Shown: positions 42,590-56,319 of the stretch, one piece after another | Layout: each line of letters starts with the position of its first letter | Numbering within the stretch: position 1 is the first letter of the stretch | Assembly: GCA_964016885.1 (NCBI GenBank) | Contig: OZ024741.1 | Location: forward strand, 260,028,001 to 260,092,000 | DNA length: 64,000 bases | DNA from: Eledone cirrhosa | Lineage: Eukaryota | Reading direction: 5' to 3' | The notes under the pieces: generated by a model | Databases searched by the model: none | Told to the model about the DNA's origin: nothing | Seen by the model: only the letters and a program-made list of their open reading frames with translations | Position numbers and translations under genes: made by a program

Positions 42590-43413
42590 TCGTAAGTCGA
42601 AACACTCGTAAGCCGAAACACTCGTGAGCCGAAACACTCGTAAGTCGGAACACTCGTAAGTCAGAACACTCGTAAGTCAGAACACTCGTAAGTTAGAACA
42701 CTCGTAAGTCAGAACACTCGTAAGTCAGAACACTCGTAAGTCGAAACACTCGTATCGAAACACTCGTATGTCAAAACACCCGTAAGTCAAAACACTCGTA
42801 AGTCGAAACACTCGTAAGTCGAAACACTCGTAAGCCGATACACTCGAAAGCCGAAACACTCGTAAGTCGGAACACTCGTAAGTCGGAACACTCGTAAGTC
42901 AGAACACTCGTAAGTCAGAACACTCGTAAGTCAGAACACTCGTAAGTCAGAACACTCGTAAGTCGAAACACTCGTATCGAAACACTCGTATGTCAAAACA
43001 CCCGTAAGTCAAAACACTCGTAAGTCGAAACACTTGTAAGTCGAAACACTCGTATGTCGAAACATCCGTAAATCAGAACACTCGTAAGTCGAAACACTCG
43101 TAAGTCGAAACACTCGTAAGCCGAAACACTCGTAAGTCGAAGCACTCGTATCGAAACACTCGTAAGTCGAAACACCCTTAAGTCAAAACACTCGTAAGCC
43201 AAAACACTCGTAAGTCGAAACACTCGTAAGTCGGAACACTCGTAAGTCAGAACACTCGTAAGTCAGAACACTCGTAAGTGGAAACACGCGTAAGTCGAAA
43301 GACCCGTAAGTCAAAAATCTCGTAAGTCAAAACACTCGTAAGCCGAAACACTCGTAAGTCGAAACACTCGTAAGTCGAAACACTCGTAAGTCGAAACATT
43401 CGTAAAGCGAAAC

Positions 43414-43482
43414 GTATAAATAAAGATTAATGTAATGAACTTGAAAAGCATAGATATTTGAAACCGCGTCTATTTGTTATTT
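43414..43482. repeat. 69-bp AT-rich spacer, subtype A
   Basis: GAACTTG and TAGATATT. Confidence 0.95.
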
Positions 43483-46003
43483 TCGTAAGTCGAAACACTC
43501 GTAAGTCAGAACACTCGTAAGTCAGAACACTCTTAAGTCAGAACACTCGTATCGAAACACGTATGTCAAAACACCCGTAAGTCAAAACACTCGTAAGTCG
43601 AAACACTCGTAAGTCGAAACACTCGTAAGCCGAAACAATCGTAAGTCAAAACACTCGTAAGTCGAAACACTCGTAAGCCGAAAATACTCGTAAGTCGGAA
43701 CACCCGTAAGCCGAAACCCTCGTAGGTCGGAACACTCGTAAGTCAAAACACTCGTAAGTCGAAACACCCGTAAGTCGAAACACTCGTAAGTCGAAACACC
43801 CGTAAGTCGAAACATCCGTAAGTCAAAACACTCGTATGTCGAAACACTCGTAAGCCGAAACACTCGTAAGTCAGAACACTCGTAAGTCAGAACACTCGTA
43901 AGTCGAAACACTCATAAGTCGAAACACTCGTAAGTCGAAACACCCGTAAGTCGAAACACCCGTAAGTCGAAACACTCGTATGTCGAATAACTCGTAAGCC
44001 GAAACACCGTAAGTCAAAACACTCGTAAGTCGAAACACTCGTAAGTCGAAACACCCATAAGCCGAAACATTCGTAAGCCAAAACATTCGTAAGTCGAAAC
44101 ACTCGTAAACCGAAACACTCGTAAGCCAAAACATTCGTAAGTCGAAACACTCGTAAGTCGAAACACCCATAGCCGAAACACTTGTAAGTCTGAACACACG
44201 TAAGTCAGAACACCCGTAAGTCAGAACACTCGTAAGTCAGAACACTCGTAAGTCAGAACACTCGTAAGTCAGAGCACTCGTATCGAAACACTCGTATGTC
44301 AAAACACCCGTAAGTCAAAACACTCGTAAGTCGAAATACTCGTAAGCCGAAACACCGTAAGCCAAAACACTCGTAAGTCGAAACACCCGTAAGTCGGAAC
44401 ACTCGTAAGTCGAAACACTCGTAAGTCGAAACACTCGTAAGCCGAAACACTCGTAAGCCGAAACACTCGTAAGTCGGAACACTCGTAAGTCGGAACACTC
44501 GTAAGTCAGAACACTCGTAAGTCAGAACACTCGTAAGTCAGAACACTCGTAAGTCAAAACACTCGTAAGTCGAAACACTCGTATCGAAACACTCGTATGT
44601 CAAAACACCCGTAAGTCAAAACACTCGTAAGTCGAAACACTCGTAAGTCGAAACATTCGTATGTCGAAACATCCGTAAATCAGAACACTCGTAAGTCGAA
44701 ACACTCGTAAGTCGAAACACTTGTAAGCCGAAACACTCGTAAGTCGAAGCACTCGTATCGAAACACTCGTAAGTCGAAACACCCTTAAGTCAAAACACTC
44801 GTAAGCCAAAACACTCGTAAGTCGAAACACTCGTAAGTCGGAACACTCGTAAGTCAGAACACTCGTAAGTCAGAACACTCGTAAGTGGAAACACGCGTAA
44901 GTCGAAACACTCATAAGTCGAAACACTCGTAAGTCGAAACACCCGTAAGTCGAAACACCCGTAAGTCGAAACACTCGTATGTCGAATAACTCGTAAGCCG
45001 AAACACCGTAAGTCAAAACACTCGTAAGTCGAAACACTCGTAAGTCGAAACACCCATAAGCCGAAACACTCGTAAGCCAAAACATTCGTAAGTCGAAACA
45101 CTCGTAAACCGAAACACTCGTAAGCCAAAACATTCGTAAGTCGAAACACTCGTAAGTCGAAACACCCATAGCCGAAACACTCGTAAGTCTGAACACACGT
45201 AAGTCAGAACAGCCGTAAGTCAGAACACTCGTAAGTCAGAACACTCGTAAGTCAGAACACTCGTAAGTCAGAGCACTCGTATCGAAACACTCGTATGTCA
45301 AAACACCCGTAAGTCAAAACACTCGTAAGTCGAAACACTCGTAAGCCGAAACACCGTAAGCCAAAACACTCGTAAGTCGAAACACCCGTAAGTCGGAACA
45401 CTCGTAAGTCGAAACACTCGTAAGTCGAAACACTCGTAAGCCGAAACACTCGTAAGCCGAAACACTCGTAAGTCGGAACACTCGTAAGTCGGAACACTCG
45501 TAAGTCAGAACACTCGTAAGTCAGAACACTCGTAAGTCAGAACACTCGTAAGTCAGAACACTCGTAAGTCGAAACACTCGTATCGAAACACTCGTATGTC
45601 AAAACACCCGTAAGTCAAAACACTCGTAAGTCGAAACACTCGTAAGTCGAAACACTCGTATGTCGAAACATCCGTAAATCAGAACACTCGTAAGTCGAAA
45701 CACTCGTAAGTCGAAACACTCGTAAGCCGAAACACTCGTAAGTCGAAGCACTCGTATCGAAACACTCGTAAGTCGAAACACCCTTAAGTCAAAACACTCG
45801 TAAGCCAAAACACTCGTAAGTCGAAACACTCGTAAGTCGGAACACTCGTAAGTCAGAACACTCGTAAGTCAGAACACTCGTAAGTGGAAACACGCGTAAG
45901 TCGAAAGACCCGTAAGTCAAAAATCTCGTAAGTCAAAACACTCGTAAGCCGAAACACTCGTAAGTCGAAACACTCGTAAGTCGAAACATTCGTAAAGCGA
46001 AAC

Positions 46004-46072
46004 GTATAAATAAAGATTAATGTAATGAACTTGAAAAGCATAGATATTTGAAACCGCGTCTATTTGTTATTT
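46004..46072. repeat. 69-bp AT-rich spacer, subtype A
   Basis: GAACTTG and TAGATATT. Confidence 0.95.
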
Positions 46073-47200
46073 TCGTAAGTCGAAACACTCGTAAGTCAGA
46101 ACACTCGTAAGTCAGAACACTCTTAAGTCAGAACACTCGTATCGAAACACGTATGTCAAAACACCCGTAAGTCAAAACACTCGTAAGTCGAAACACTCGT
46201 AAGTCGAAACACTCGTAAGCCGAAACAATCGTAAGTCAAAACACTCGTAAGTCGAAACACTCGTAAGCCGAAAATACTCGTAAGTCGGAACACCCGTAAG
46301 CCGAAACCCTCGTAGGTCGGAACACTCGTAAGTCGAAACACTCGTAAGTCGAAACACCCGTAAGTCGAAACACTCGTAAGTCGAAACACCCGTAAGTCGA
46401 CACATCCGTAAGTCAAAACACTCGTATGTCGAAACACTCGTAAGCCGAAACACTCGTAAGTCGGAACACTCGCAAGTCAGAACACTCGTAAGTCAGAACA
46501 CTCGTAAGTCGAAACACTCGTAAGTCGAAACACCCGTAAGTCGAAACGCCCGTAAGTCAAAACACTCGTATGTCGAAACACTCGCAAGCCGAAAAACCGT
46601 AAGTCAAAACACTCGTAAGTCGAAACACTCGTAAATCGAAACACTCGTAAGCCGAAACACTCGTAAGCGAAAACATTCGTTAGTCGAAACACTCGTATCC
46701 CGAAACACTCGTAAGTCGAAACACTCGAAAGCCGAAACACTCGTAAGTCGAAACACTCATAAGCCGAAACACTCGTAAGTCGGAACACTCGTAAGTCAGA
46801 ACACCCGTAAATCAGAACACTCGTAGTCAGAACACTCGTAAGTCGAAACACTCGTAAGCCGAAACACTCGCAAGTCGAAGCACTCGTAATCCGAAACACT
46901 CTTAAGTCGAAACACTCGTAAGTCGGAACACTCGTAAGTCAGAACACTCGTAAGTCAGAACACTCGTACGTCGAAACACTCGTAAGCCGAAACATCCGTA
47001 AGTCAAAACATCCGTAAGTCAAAACATTCGTAAGTCGAAACACCCGTAGTCGAAACACTCGCAAGTCGAAACACTCGTAAGTCGAAACACGCGTAAGTCG
47101 AAACACATGTAAGTCAAAACACTCGTAAGTCAAAACACTCGTAAGCCGAAACACTCGTAAGTCGAAACACTCGTAAGTCGAAACACTCGTAAAGCGAAAC

Positions 47201-47269
47201 GTATAAATAAATATTAATGTAATGAATTTGAAAAGCATAGAGATTTGAAACCGCGTCTATTTGTTATTT
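47201..47269. repeat. 69-bp AT-rich spacer, subtype B (TAAATATTA variant)
   Basis: GAATTTG, TAGAGATT, AATAAATATT. Confidence 0.95.
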
Positions 47270-47366
47270 TCGTAAGTCGAAACACTCGTAAGCCGAAACA
47301 CTCGTGAGCCGAAACACTCGTAAGTCGGAACACTCGTAAGTCAGAACACTCGTAAGTCGAAACACT

Positions 47367-47830
47367 CGTATCGAAACACTCGTATGTCAAAACACCCGTA
47401 AGTCAAAACACTCGTAAGTCGAAACACTCGTAAGTCGAAACACTCGTAAGCCGAAACACTCGTAAGCCGAAACACTCGTAAGTCGGAACACTCGTAAGTC
47501 GGAACACTCGTAAGTCAGAACACTCGTAAGTTAGAACACTCGTAAGTCAGAACACTCGTAAGTCAGAACACTCGTAAGTCGAAACACTCGTATCGAAACA
47601 CTCGTATGTCAAAACACCCGTAAGTCAAAACACTCGTAAGTCGAAACACTCGTAAGTCGAAACACTCGTAAGCCGAAACACTCGTAAGCCGAAACACTCG
47701 TAAGTCGGAACACTCGTAAGTCGGAACACTCGTAAGTCAGAACACTCGTAAGTCAGAACACTCGTAAGTCAGAACACTCGTAAGTCAGAACACTCGTAAG
47801 TCGAAACACTCGTATCGAAGCACTCGTATG
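47367..47830 (+). repeat. 222-bp intermediate repeat unit (13x16 + 1x14 bp), clearest example
   Basis: The 14-bp CGTATCGAA monomer occurs at 47367, 47589 and 47811. The same 222-bp spacing is seen at 10678/10900, 12688/12910 and 36614/36836. Confidence 0.8.
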
Positions 47831-48235
47831 TCAAAACACCCGTAAGTCAAAACACTCGTAAGTCGAAACACTCGTAAGTCGAAACACTCGTATGTCGAAA
47901 CATCCGTAAATCAGAACACTCGTAAGTCGAAACACTCGTAAGTCGAAACACTCGTAAGCCGAAACACTCGTAAGTCGAAGCACTCGTATCGAAACACTCG
48001 TAAGTCGAAACACCCTTAAGTCAAAACACTCGTAAGCCAAAACACTCGTAAGTCGAAACACTCGTAAGTCGGAACACTCGTAAGTCAGAACACTCGTAAG
48101 TCAGAACACTCGTAAGTGGAAACACGCGTAAGTCGAAAGACCCGTAAGTCAAAAATCTCGTAAGTCAAAACACTCGTAAGCCGAAACACTCGTAAGTCGA
48201 AACACTCGTAAGTCGAAACATTCGTAAAGCGAAAC

Positions 48236-48304
48236 GTATAAATAAAGATTAATGTAATGAACTTGAAAAGCATAGAGATTTGAAACCGCGTCTATTTGTT
48301 ATTT
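48236..48304. repeat. 69-bp AT-rich spacer, A/B mosaic
   Basis: GAACTTG (A) together with TAGAGATT (B), in A-type flanks. Confidence 0.9.
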
Positions 48305-48779
48305 TCGTAAGTCGAAACACTCGTAAGTCAGAACACTCGTAAGTCAGAACACTCTTAAGTCAGAACACTCGTATCGAAACACGTATGTCAAAACACCCGT
48401 AAGTCAAAACACTCGTAAGTCGAAACACTCGTAAGTCGAAACACTCGTAAGCCGAAACAATCGTAAGTCAAAACACTCGTAAGTCGAAACACTCGTAAGC
48501 CGAAAATACTCGTAAGTCGGAACACCCGTAAGCCGAAACCCTCGTAGGTCGGAACACTCGTAAGTCGAAACACTCGTAAGTCGAAACACCCGTAAGTCGA
48601 AACACTCGTAAGTCGAAACACCCGTAAGTCGAAACATCCGTAAGTCAAAACACTCGTATGTCGAAACACTCGTAAGCCGAAACACTCGTAAGTCGGAACA
48701 CTCGCAAGTCAGAACACTCGTAAGCCGAAACACTCGTAAGTCGAAACACTCGTAAGTCGAAACACTCGTAAAGCGAAAC

Positions 48780-48848
48780 GTATAAATAAATATTAATGTA
48801 ATGAATTTGAAAAGCATAGAGATTTGAAACCGCGTCTATTTGTTATTT
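48780..48848. repeat. 69-bp AT-rich spacer, subtype B (TAAATATTA variant)
   Basis: GAATTTG and TAGAGATT; the usual upstream flank is truncated. Confidence 0.95.
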
Positions 48849-49656
48849 TCGTAAGTCGAAACACTCGTAAGCCGAAACACTCGTGAGCCGAAACACTCGT
48901 AAGTCGGAACACTCGTAAGTCAGAACACTCGTAAGTCAGAACACTCGTAAGTTAGAACACTCGTAAGTCAGAACACTCGTAAGTCAGAACACTCGTAAGT
49001 CGAAACACTCGTATCGAAACACTCGTATGTCAAAACACCCGTAAGTCAAAACACTCGTAAGTCGAAACACTCGTAAGTCGAAACACTCGTAAGCCGAAAC
49101 ACTCGTAAGCCGAAACACTCGTAAGTCGGAACACTCGTAAGTCGGAACACTCGTAAGACAGAACACTCGTAAGTCAGAACACTCGTAAGTCAGAACACTC
49201 GTAAGTCAGAACACTCGTAAGTCGAAACACTCGTATCGAAACACTCGTATGTCAAAACACCCGTAAGTCAAAACACTCGTAAGTCGAAACACTCGTAAGT
49301 CGAAACACTCGTATGTCGAAACATCCGTAAATCAGAACACTCGTAAGTCGAAACACTCGTAAGTCGAAACACTCGTAAGCCGAAACACTCGTAAGTCGAA
49401 GCACTCGTATCGAAACACTCGTAAGTCGAAACACCCTTAAGTCAAAACACTCGTAAGCCAAAACACTCGTAAGTCGAAACACTCGTAAGTCGGAACACTC
49501 GTAAGTCAGAACACTCGTAAGTCAGAACACTCGTAAGTGGAAACACGCGTAAGTCGAAAGACCCGTAAGTCAAAAATCTCGTAAGTCAAAACACTCGTAA
49601 GCCGAAACACTCGTAAGTCGAAACACTCGTAAGTCGAAACATTCGTAAAGCGAAAC

Positions 49657-49725
49657 GTATAAATAAAGATTAATGTAATGAACTTGAAAAGCATAGATAT
49701 TTGAAACCGCGTCTATTTGTTATTT
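49657..49725. repeat. 69-bp AT-rich spacer, subtype A
   Basis: GAACTTG and TAGATATT. Confidence 0.95.
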
Positions 49726-50837
49726 TCGTAAGTCGAAACACTCGTAAGTCAGAACACTCGTAAGTCAGAACACTCGTATCGAAACACGTATGTCAAAACA
49801 CCCGTAAGTCAAAACACTCGTAAGTCGAAACACACGTAAGTCGAAACACTCGTAAGCCGAAACAATCGTAAGTCAAAACACTCGTAAGTCGAAACACTCG
49901 TAAGCCGAAAATACTCGTAAGTCGGAACACCCGAAAGCCGAAACCCTCGTAGGTCGGAACACTCGTAAGTCGAAACACTCTTAAGTCGAAACACCCGTAA
50001 GTCGAAACACTCGTAAGTCGAAACACCCGTAAGTCGAAACATCCGTAAGTCAAAACACTCGTATGTCGAAACACTCGTAAGCCGAAACACTCGTAAGTCG
50101 GAACACTCGCAAGTCAGAACACTCGTAAGTCAGAACACTCGTAAGTCGAAACACTCGTAAGTCGAAACACCCGTAAGTCGAAACGCCCGTAAGTCAAAAC
50201 ACTCGTATGTCGAAACACTCGCAAGCCGAAAAACCGTAAGTCAAAACACTCGTAAGTCGAAACACTCGTAAATCGAAACACTCGTAAGCCGAAACACTCG
50301 TAAGCGAAAACATTCGTTAGTCGAAACACTCGTAACCCGAAACACTCGTAAGTCGAAACACTCGAAAGCCGAAACACTCGTAAGTCGAAACACTCATAAG
50401 CCGAAACACTCGTAAGTCGGAACACTCGTAAGTCAGAACACCCGTAACTCAGAACACTCGTAGTCAGAACACTCGTAAGTCGAAACACTCGTAAGCCGAA
50501 ACACTCGCAAGTCGAAGCACTCGTAATCCGAAACACTCTTAAGTCGAAACACTCGTAAGTCGGAACACTCGTAAGTCAGAACACTCGTAAGTCAGAACAC
50601 TCGTAAGTCGAAACACTCGTAAGCCGAAACATCCGTAAGTCAAAACATCCGTAAGTCAAAACATTCGTAAGTCGAAACACCCGTAGTCGAAACACTCGCA
50701 AGTCGAAACACTCGTAAGTCGAAACACGCGTAAGTCGAAACACATGTAAGTCAAAACACTCGTAAGTCAAAACACTCGTAAGCCGAAACACTCGTAAGTC
50801 GAAACACTCGTAAGTCGAAACACTCGTAAAGCGAAAC

Positions 50838-50906
50838 GTATCAATAAAGATTAATGTAATGAATTTGAAAAGCATAGAGATTTGAAACCGCGTCTATTTG
50901 TTATTT
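50838..50906. repeat. 69-bp AT-rich spacer, subtype B (GTATCAAT variant)
   Basis: GAATTTG and TAGAGATT. Confidence 0.95.
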
Positions 50907-51730
50907 TCGTAAGTCGAAACACTCGTAAGCCGAAACACTCGTGAGCCGAAACACTCGTAAGTCGGAACACTCGTAAGTCAGAACACTCGTAAGTCAGAAC
51001 ACTCGTAAGTTAGAACACTCGTAAGTCAGAACACTCGTAAGTCAGAACACTCGTAAGTCAAAACACTCGTATCGAAACACTCGTATGTCAAAACACCCGT
51101 AATTCAAAACACTCGTAAGTCGAAACACTCGTAAGTCGAAACACTCGTAAGCCGAAACACTCGAAAGCCGAAACACTCGTAAGTCGGAACACTCGTAAGT
51201 CGGAACACTCGTAAGTCAGAACACTCGTAAGTCAGAACACTCGTAAGTCAGAACACTCGTAAGTCAGAACACTCGTAAGTCGAAACACTCGTATCGAAAC
51301 ACTCGTATGTCAAAACACCCGTAAGTCAAAACACTCGTAAGTCGAAACACTTGTAAGTCGAAACACTCGTATGTCGAAACATCCGTAAATCAGAACACTC
51401 GTAAGTCGAAACACTCGTAAGTCGAAACACTCGTAAGCCGAAACACTCGTAAGTCGAAGCACTCGTATCGAAACACTCGTAAGTCGAAACACCCTTAAGT
51501 CAAAACACTCGTAAGCCAAAACACTCGTAAGTCGAAACACTCGTAAGTCGGAACACTCGTAAGTCAGAACACTCGTAAGTCAGAACACTCGTAAGTGGAA
51601 ACACGCGTAAGTCGAAAGACCCGTAAGTCAAAAATCTCGTAAGTCAAAACACTCGTAAGCCGAAACACTCGTAAGTCGAAACACTCGTAAGTCGAAACAC
51701 TCGTAAGTCGAAACATTCGTAAAGCGAAAC

Positions 51731-51799
51731 GTATAAATAAAGATTAATGTAATGAACTTGAAAAGCATAGATATTTGAAACCGCGTCTATTTGTTATTT
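51731..51799. repeat. 69-bp AT-rich spacer, subtype A
   Basis: GAACTTG and TAGATATT. Confidence 0.95.
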
Positions 51800-54176
51800 T
51801 CGTAAGTCGAAACACTCGTAAGTCAGAACACTCGTAAGTCAGAACACTCTTAAGTCAGAACACTCGTATCGAAACACGTATGTCAAAACACCCGTAAGTC
51901 AAAACACTCGTAAGTCGAAACACTCGTAAGTCGAAACACTCGTAAGCCGAAACAATCGTAAGTCAAAACACTCGTAAGTCGAAACACTCGTAAGCCGAAA
52001 ATACTCGTAAGTCGGAACACCCGTAAGCCGAAACCCTCGTAGGTCGGAACACTCGTAAGTCAAAACACTCGTAAGTCGAAACACCCGTAAGTCGAAACAC
52101 TCGTAAGTCGAAACACCCGTAAGTCGAAACATCCGTAAGTCAAAACACTCGTATGTCGAAACACTCGTAAGCCGAAACACTCGTAAGTCAGAACACTCGT
52201 AAGTCAGAACACTCGTAAGTCGAAACACTCATAAGTCGAAACACTCGTAAGTCGAAACACCCGTAAGTCGAAACACCCGTAAGTCGAAACACTCGTATGT
52301 CGAATAACTCGTAAGCCGAAACACCGTAAGTCAAAACACTCGTAAGTCGAAACACTCGTAAGTCGAAACACCCATAAGCCGAAACATTCGTAAGCCAAAA
52401 CATTCGTAAGTCGAAACACTCGTAAACCGAAACACTCGTAAGCCAAAACATTCGTAAGTCGAAACACTCGTAAGTCGAAACACCCATAGCCGAAACACTT
52501 GTAAGTCTGAACACGTAAGTCAGAACACCCGTAAGTCAGAACACTCGTAAGTCAGAACACTCGTAAGTCAGAACACTCGTAAGTCAGAGCACTCGTATCG
52601 AAACACTCGTATGTCAAAACACCCGTAAGTCAAAACACTCGTAAGTCGAAACACTCGTAAGCCGAAACACCGTAAGCCAAAACACTCGTAAGTCGAAACA
52701 CCCGTAAGTCGGAACACTCGTAAGTCGAAACACTCGTAAGTCGAAACACTCGTAAGCCGAAACACTCGTAAGCCGAAACACTCGTAAGTCGGAACACTCG
52801 TAAGTCGGAACACTCGTAAGTCAGAACACTCGTAAGTCAGAACACTCGTAAGTCAGAACACTCGTAAGTCAGAACACTCGTAAGTCGAAACACTCGTATC
52901 GAAACACTCGTATGTCAAAACACCCGTAAGTCAAAACACTCGTAAGTCGAAACACTCGTAAGTCGAAACATTCGTATGTCGAAACATCCGTAAATCAGAA
53001 CACTCGTAAGTCGAAACACTCGTAAGTCGAAACACTCGTAAGCCGAAACACTCGTAAGTCGAAGCACTCGTATCGAAACACTCGTAAGTCGAAACACCCT
53101 TAAGTCAAAACACTCGTAAGCCAAAACACTCGTAAGTCGAAACACTCGTAAGTCGGAACACTCGTAAGTCAGAACACTCGTAAGTCAGAACACTCGTAAG
53201 TGGAAACACGCGTAAGTCGAAACACTCATAAGTCGAAACACTCGTAAGTCGAAACACCCGTAAGTCGAAACACCCGTAAGTCGAAACACTCGTATGTCGA
53301 ATAACTCGTAAGCCGAAACACCGTAAGTCAAAACACTCGTAAGTCGAAACACTCGTAAGTCGAAACACCCATAAGCCGAAACACTCGTAAGCCAAAACAT
53401 TCGTAAGTCGAAACACTCGTAAACCGAAACACTCGTAAGCCAAAACATTCGTAAGTCGAAACACTCGTAAGTCGAAACACCCATAGCCGAAACACTCGTA
53501 AGTCTGAACACACGTAAGTCAGAACAGCCGTAAGTCAGAACACTCGTAAGTCAGAACACTCGTAAGTCAGAACACTCGTAAGTCAGAGCACTCGTATCGA
53601 AACACTCGTATGTCAAAACACCCGTAAGTCAAAACACTCGTAAGTCGAAACACTCGTAAGCCGAAACACCGTAAGCCAAAACACTCGTAAGTCGAAACAC
53701 CCGTAAGTCGGAACACTCGTAAGTCGAAACACTCGTAAGTCGAAACACTCGTAAGCCGAAACACTCGTAAGCCGAAACACTCGTAAGTCGGAACACTCGT
53801 AAGTCGGAACACTCGTAAGTCAGAACACTCGTAAGTCAGAACACTCGTAAGTCAGAACACTCGTAAGTCGAAACACTCGTAAGTCGAAACACTCGTAAGC
53901 CGAAACACTCGTAAGTCGAAGCACTCGTATCGAAACACTCGTAAGTCGAAACACCCTTAAGTCAAAACACTCGTAAGCCAAAACACTCGTAAGTCGAAAC
54001 ACTCGTAAGTCGGAACACTCGTAAGTCAGAACACTCGTAAGTCAGAACACTCGTAAGTGGAAACACGCGTAAGTCGAAAGACCCGTAAGTCAAAAATCTC
54101 GTAAGTCAAAACACTCGTAAGCCGAAACACTCGTAAGTCGAAACACTCGTAAGTCGAAACATTCGTAAAGCGAAAC

Positions 54177-54245
54177 GTATAAATAAAGATTAATGTAATG
54201 AACTTGAAAAGCATAGATATTTGAAACCGCGTCTATTTGTTATTT
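54177..54245. repeat. 69-bp AT-rich spacer, subtype A
   Basis: GAACTTG and TAGATATT. Confidence 0.95.
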
Positions 54246-55357
54246 TCGTAAGTCGAAACACTCGTAAGTCAGAACACTCGTAAGTCAGAACACTCGTATC
54301 GAAACACGTATGTCAAAACACCCGTAAGTCAAAACACTCGTAAGTCGAAACACTCGTAAGTCGAAACACTCGTAAGCCGAAACAATCGTAAGTCAAAACA
54401 CTCGTAAGTCGAAACACTCGTAAGCCGAAAATACTCGTAAGTCGGAACACCCGTAAGCCGAAACCCTCGTAGGTCGGAACACTCGTAAGTCGAAACACTC
54501 TTAAGTCGAAACACCCGTAAGTCGAAACACTCGTAAGTCGAAACACCCGTAAGTCGAAACATCCGTAAGTCAAAACACTCGTATGTCGAAACACTCGTAA
54601 GCCGAAACACTCGTAAGTCGGAACACTCGCAAGTCAGAACACTCGTAAGTCAGAACACTCGTAAGTCGAAACACTCGTAAGTCGAAACACCCGTAAGTCG
54701 AAACGCCCGTAAGTCAAAACACTCGTATGTCGAAACACTCGCAAGCCGAAAAACCGTAAGTCAAAACACTCGTAAGTCGAAACACTCGTAAATCGAAACA
54801 CTCGTAAGCCGAAACACTCGTAAGCGAAAACATTCGTTAGTCGAAACACTCGTAACCCGAAACACTCGTAAGTCGAAACACTCGAAAGCCGAAACACTTG
54901 TAAGTCGAAACACTCATAAGCCGAAACACTCGTAAGTCGGAACACTCGTAAGTCAGAACACCCGTAAATCAGAACACTCGTAGTCAGAACACTCGTAAGT
55001 CGAAACACTCGTAAGCCGAAACACTCGCAAGTCGAAGCACTCGTAATCCGAAACACTCTTAAGTCGAAACACTCGTAAGTCGGAACACTCGTAAGTCAGA
55101 ACACTCGTAAATCAGAACACTCGTAAGTCGAAACACTCGTAAGCCGAAACATCCGTAAGTCAAAACATCCGTAAGTCAAAACATTCGTAAGTCGAAACAC
55201 CCGTAGTCGAAACACTCGCAAGTCGAAACACTCGTAAGTCGAAACACGCGTAAGTCGAAACACATGTAAGTCAAAACACTCGTAAGTCAAAACACTCGTA
55301 AGCCGAAACACTCGTAAGTCGAAACACTCGTAAGTCGAAACACTCGTAAAGCGAAAC

Positions 55358-55426
55358 GTATCAATAAAGATTAATGTAATGAATTTGAAAAGCATAGAGA
55401 TTTGAAACCGCGTCTATTTGTTATTT
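55358..55426. repeat. 69-bp AT-rich spacer, subtype B (GTATCAAT variant)
   Basis: GAATTTG and TAGAGATT. Confidence 0.95.
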
Positions 55427-56250
55427 TCGTAAGTCGAAACACTCGTAAGCCGAAACACTCGTGAGCCGAAACACTCGTAAGTCGGAACACTCGTAAGTCA
55501 GAACACTCGTAAGTCAGAACACTCGTAAGTTAGAACACTCGTAAGTCAGAACACTCGTAAGTCAGAACACTCGTAAGTCGAAACACTCGTATCGAAACAC
55601 TCGTATGTCAAAACACCCGTAAGTCAAAACACTCGTAAGTCGAAACACTCGTAAGTCGAAACACTCGTAAGCCGAAACACTCGAAAGCCGAAACACTCGT
55701 AAGTCGGAACACTCGTAAGTCGGAACACTCGTAAGTCAGAACACTCGTAAGTCAGAACACTCGTAAGTCAGAACACTCGTAAGTCAGAACACTCGTAAGT
55801 CGAAACACTCGTATCGAAACACTCGTATGTCAAAACACCCGTAAGTCAAAACACTCGTAAGTCGAAACACTTGTAAGTCGAAACACTCGTATGTCGAAAC
55901 ATCCGTAAATCAGAACACTCGTAAGTCGAAACACTCGTAAGTCGAAACACTCGTAAGCCGAAACACTCGTAAGTCGAAGCACTCGTATCGAAACACTCGT
56001 AAGTCGAAACACCCTTAAGTCAAAACACTCGTAAGCCAAAACACTCGTAAGTCGAAACACTCGTAAGTCGGAACACTCGTAAGTCAGAACACTCGTAAGT
56101 CAGAACACTCGTAAGTGGAAACACGCGTAAGTCGAAAGACCCGTAAGTCAAAAATCTCGTAAGTCAAAACACTCGTAAGCCGAAACACTCGTAAGTCGAA
56201 ACACTCGTAAGTCGAAACACTCGTAAGTCGAAACATTCGTAAAGCGAAAC

Positions 56251-56319
56251 GTATAAATAAAGATTAATGTAATGAACTTGAAAAGCATAGATATTTGAAA
56301 CCGCGTCTATTTGTTATTT
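56251..56319. repeat. 69-bp AT-rich spacer, subtype A
   Basis: GAACTTG and TAGATATT. Confidence 0.95.
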
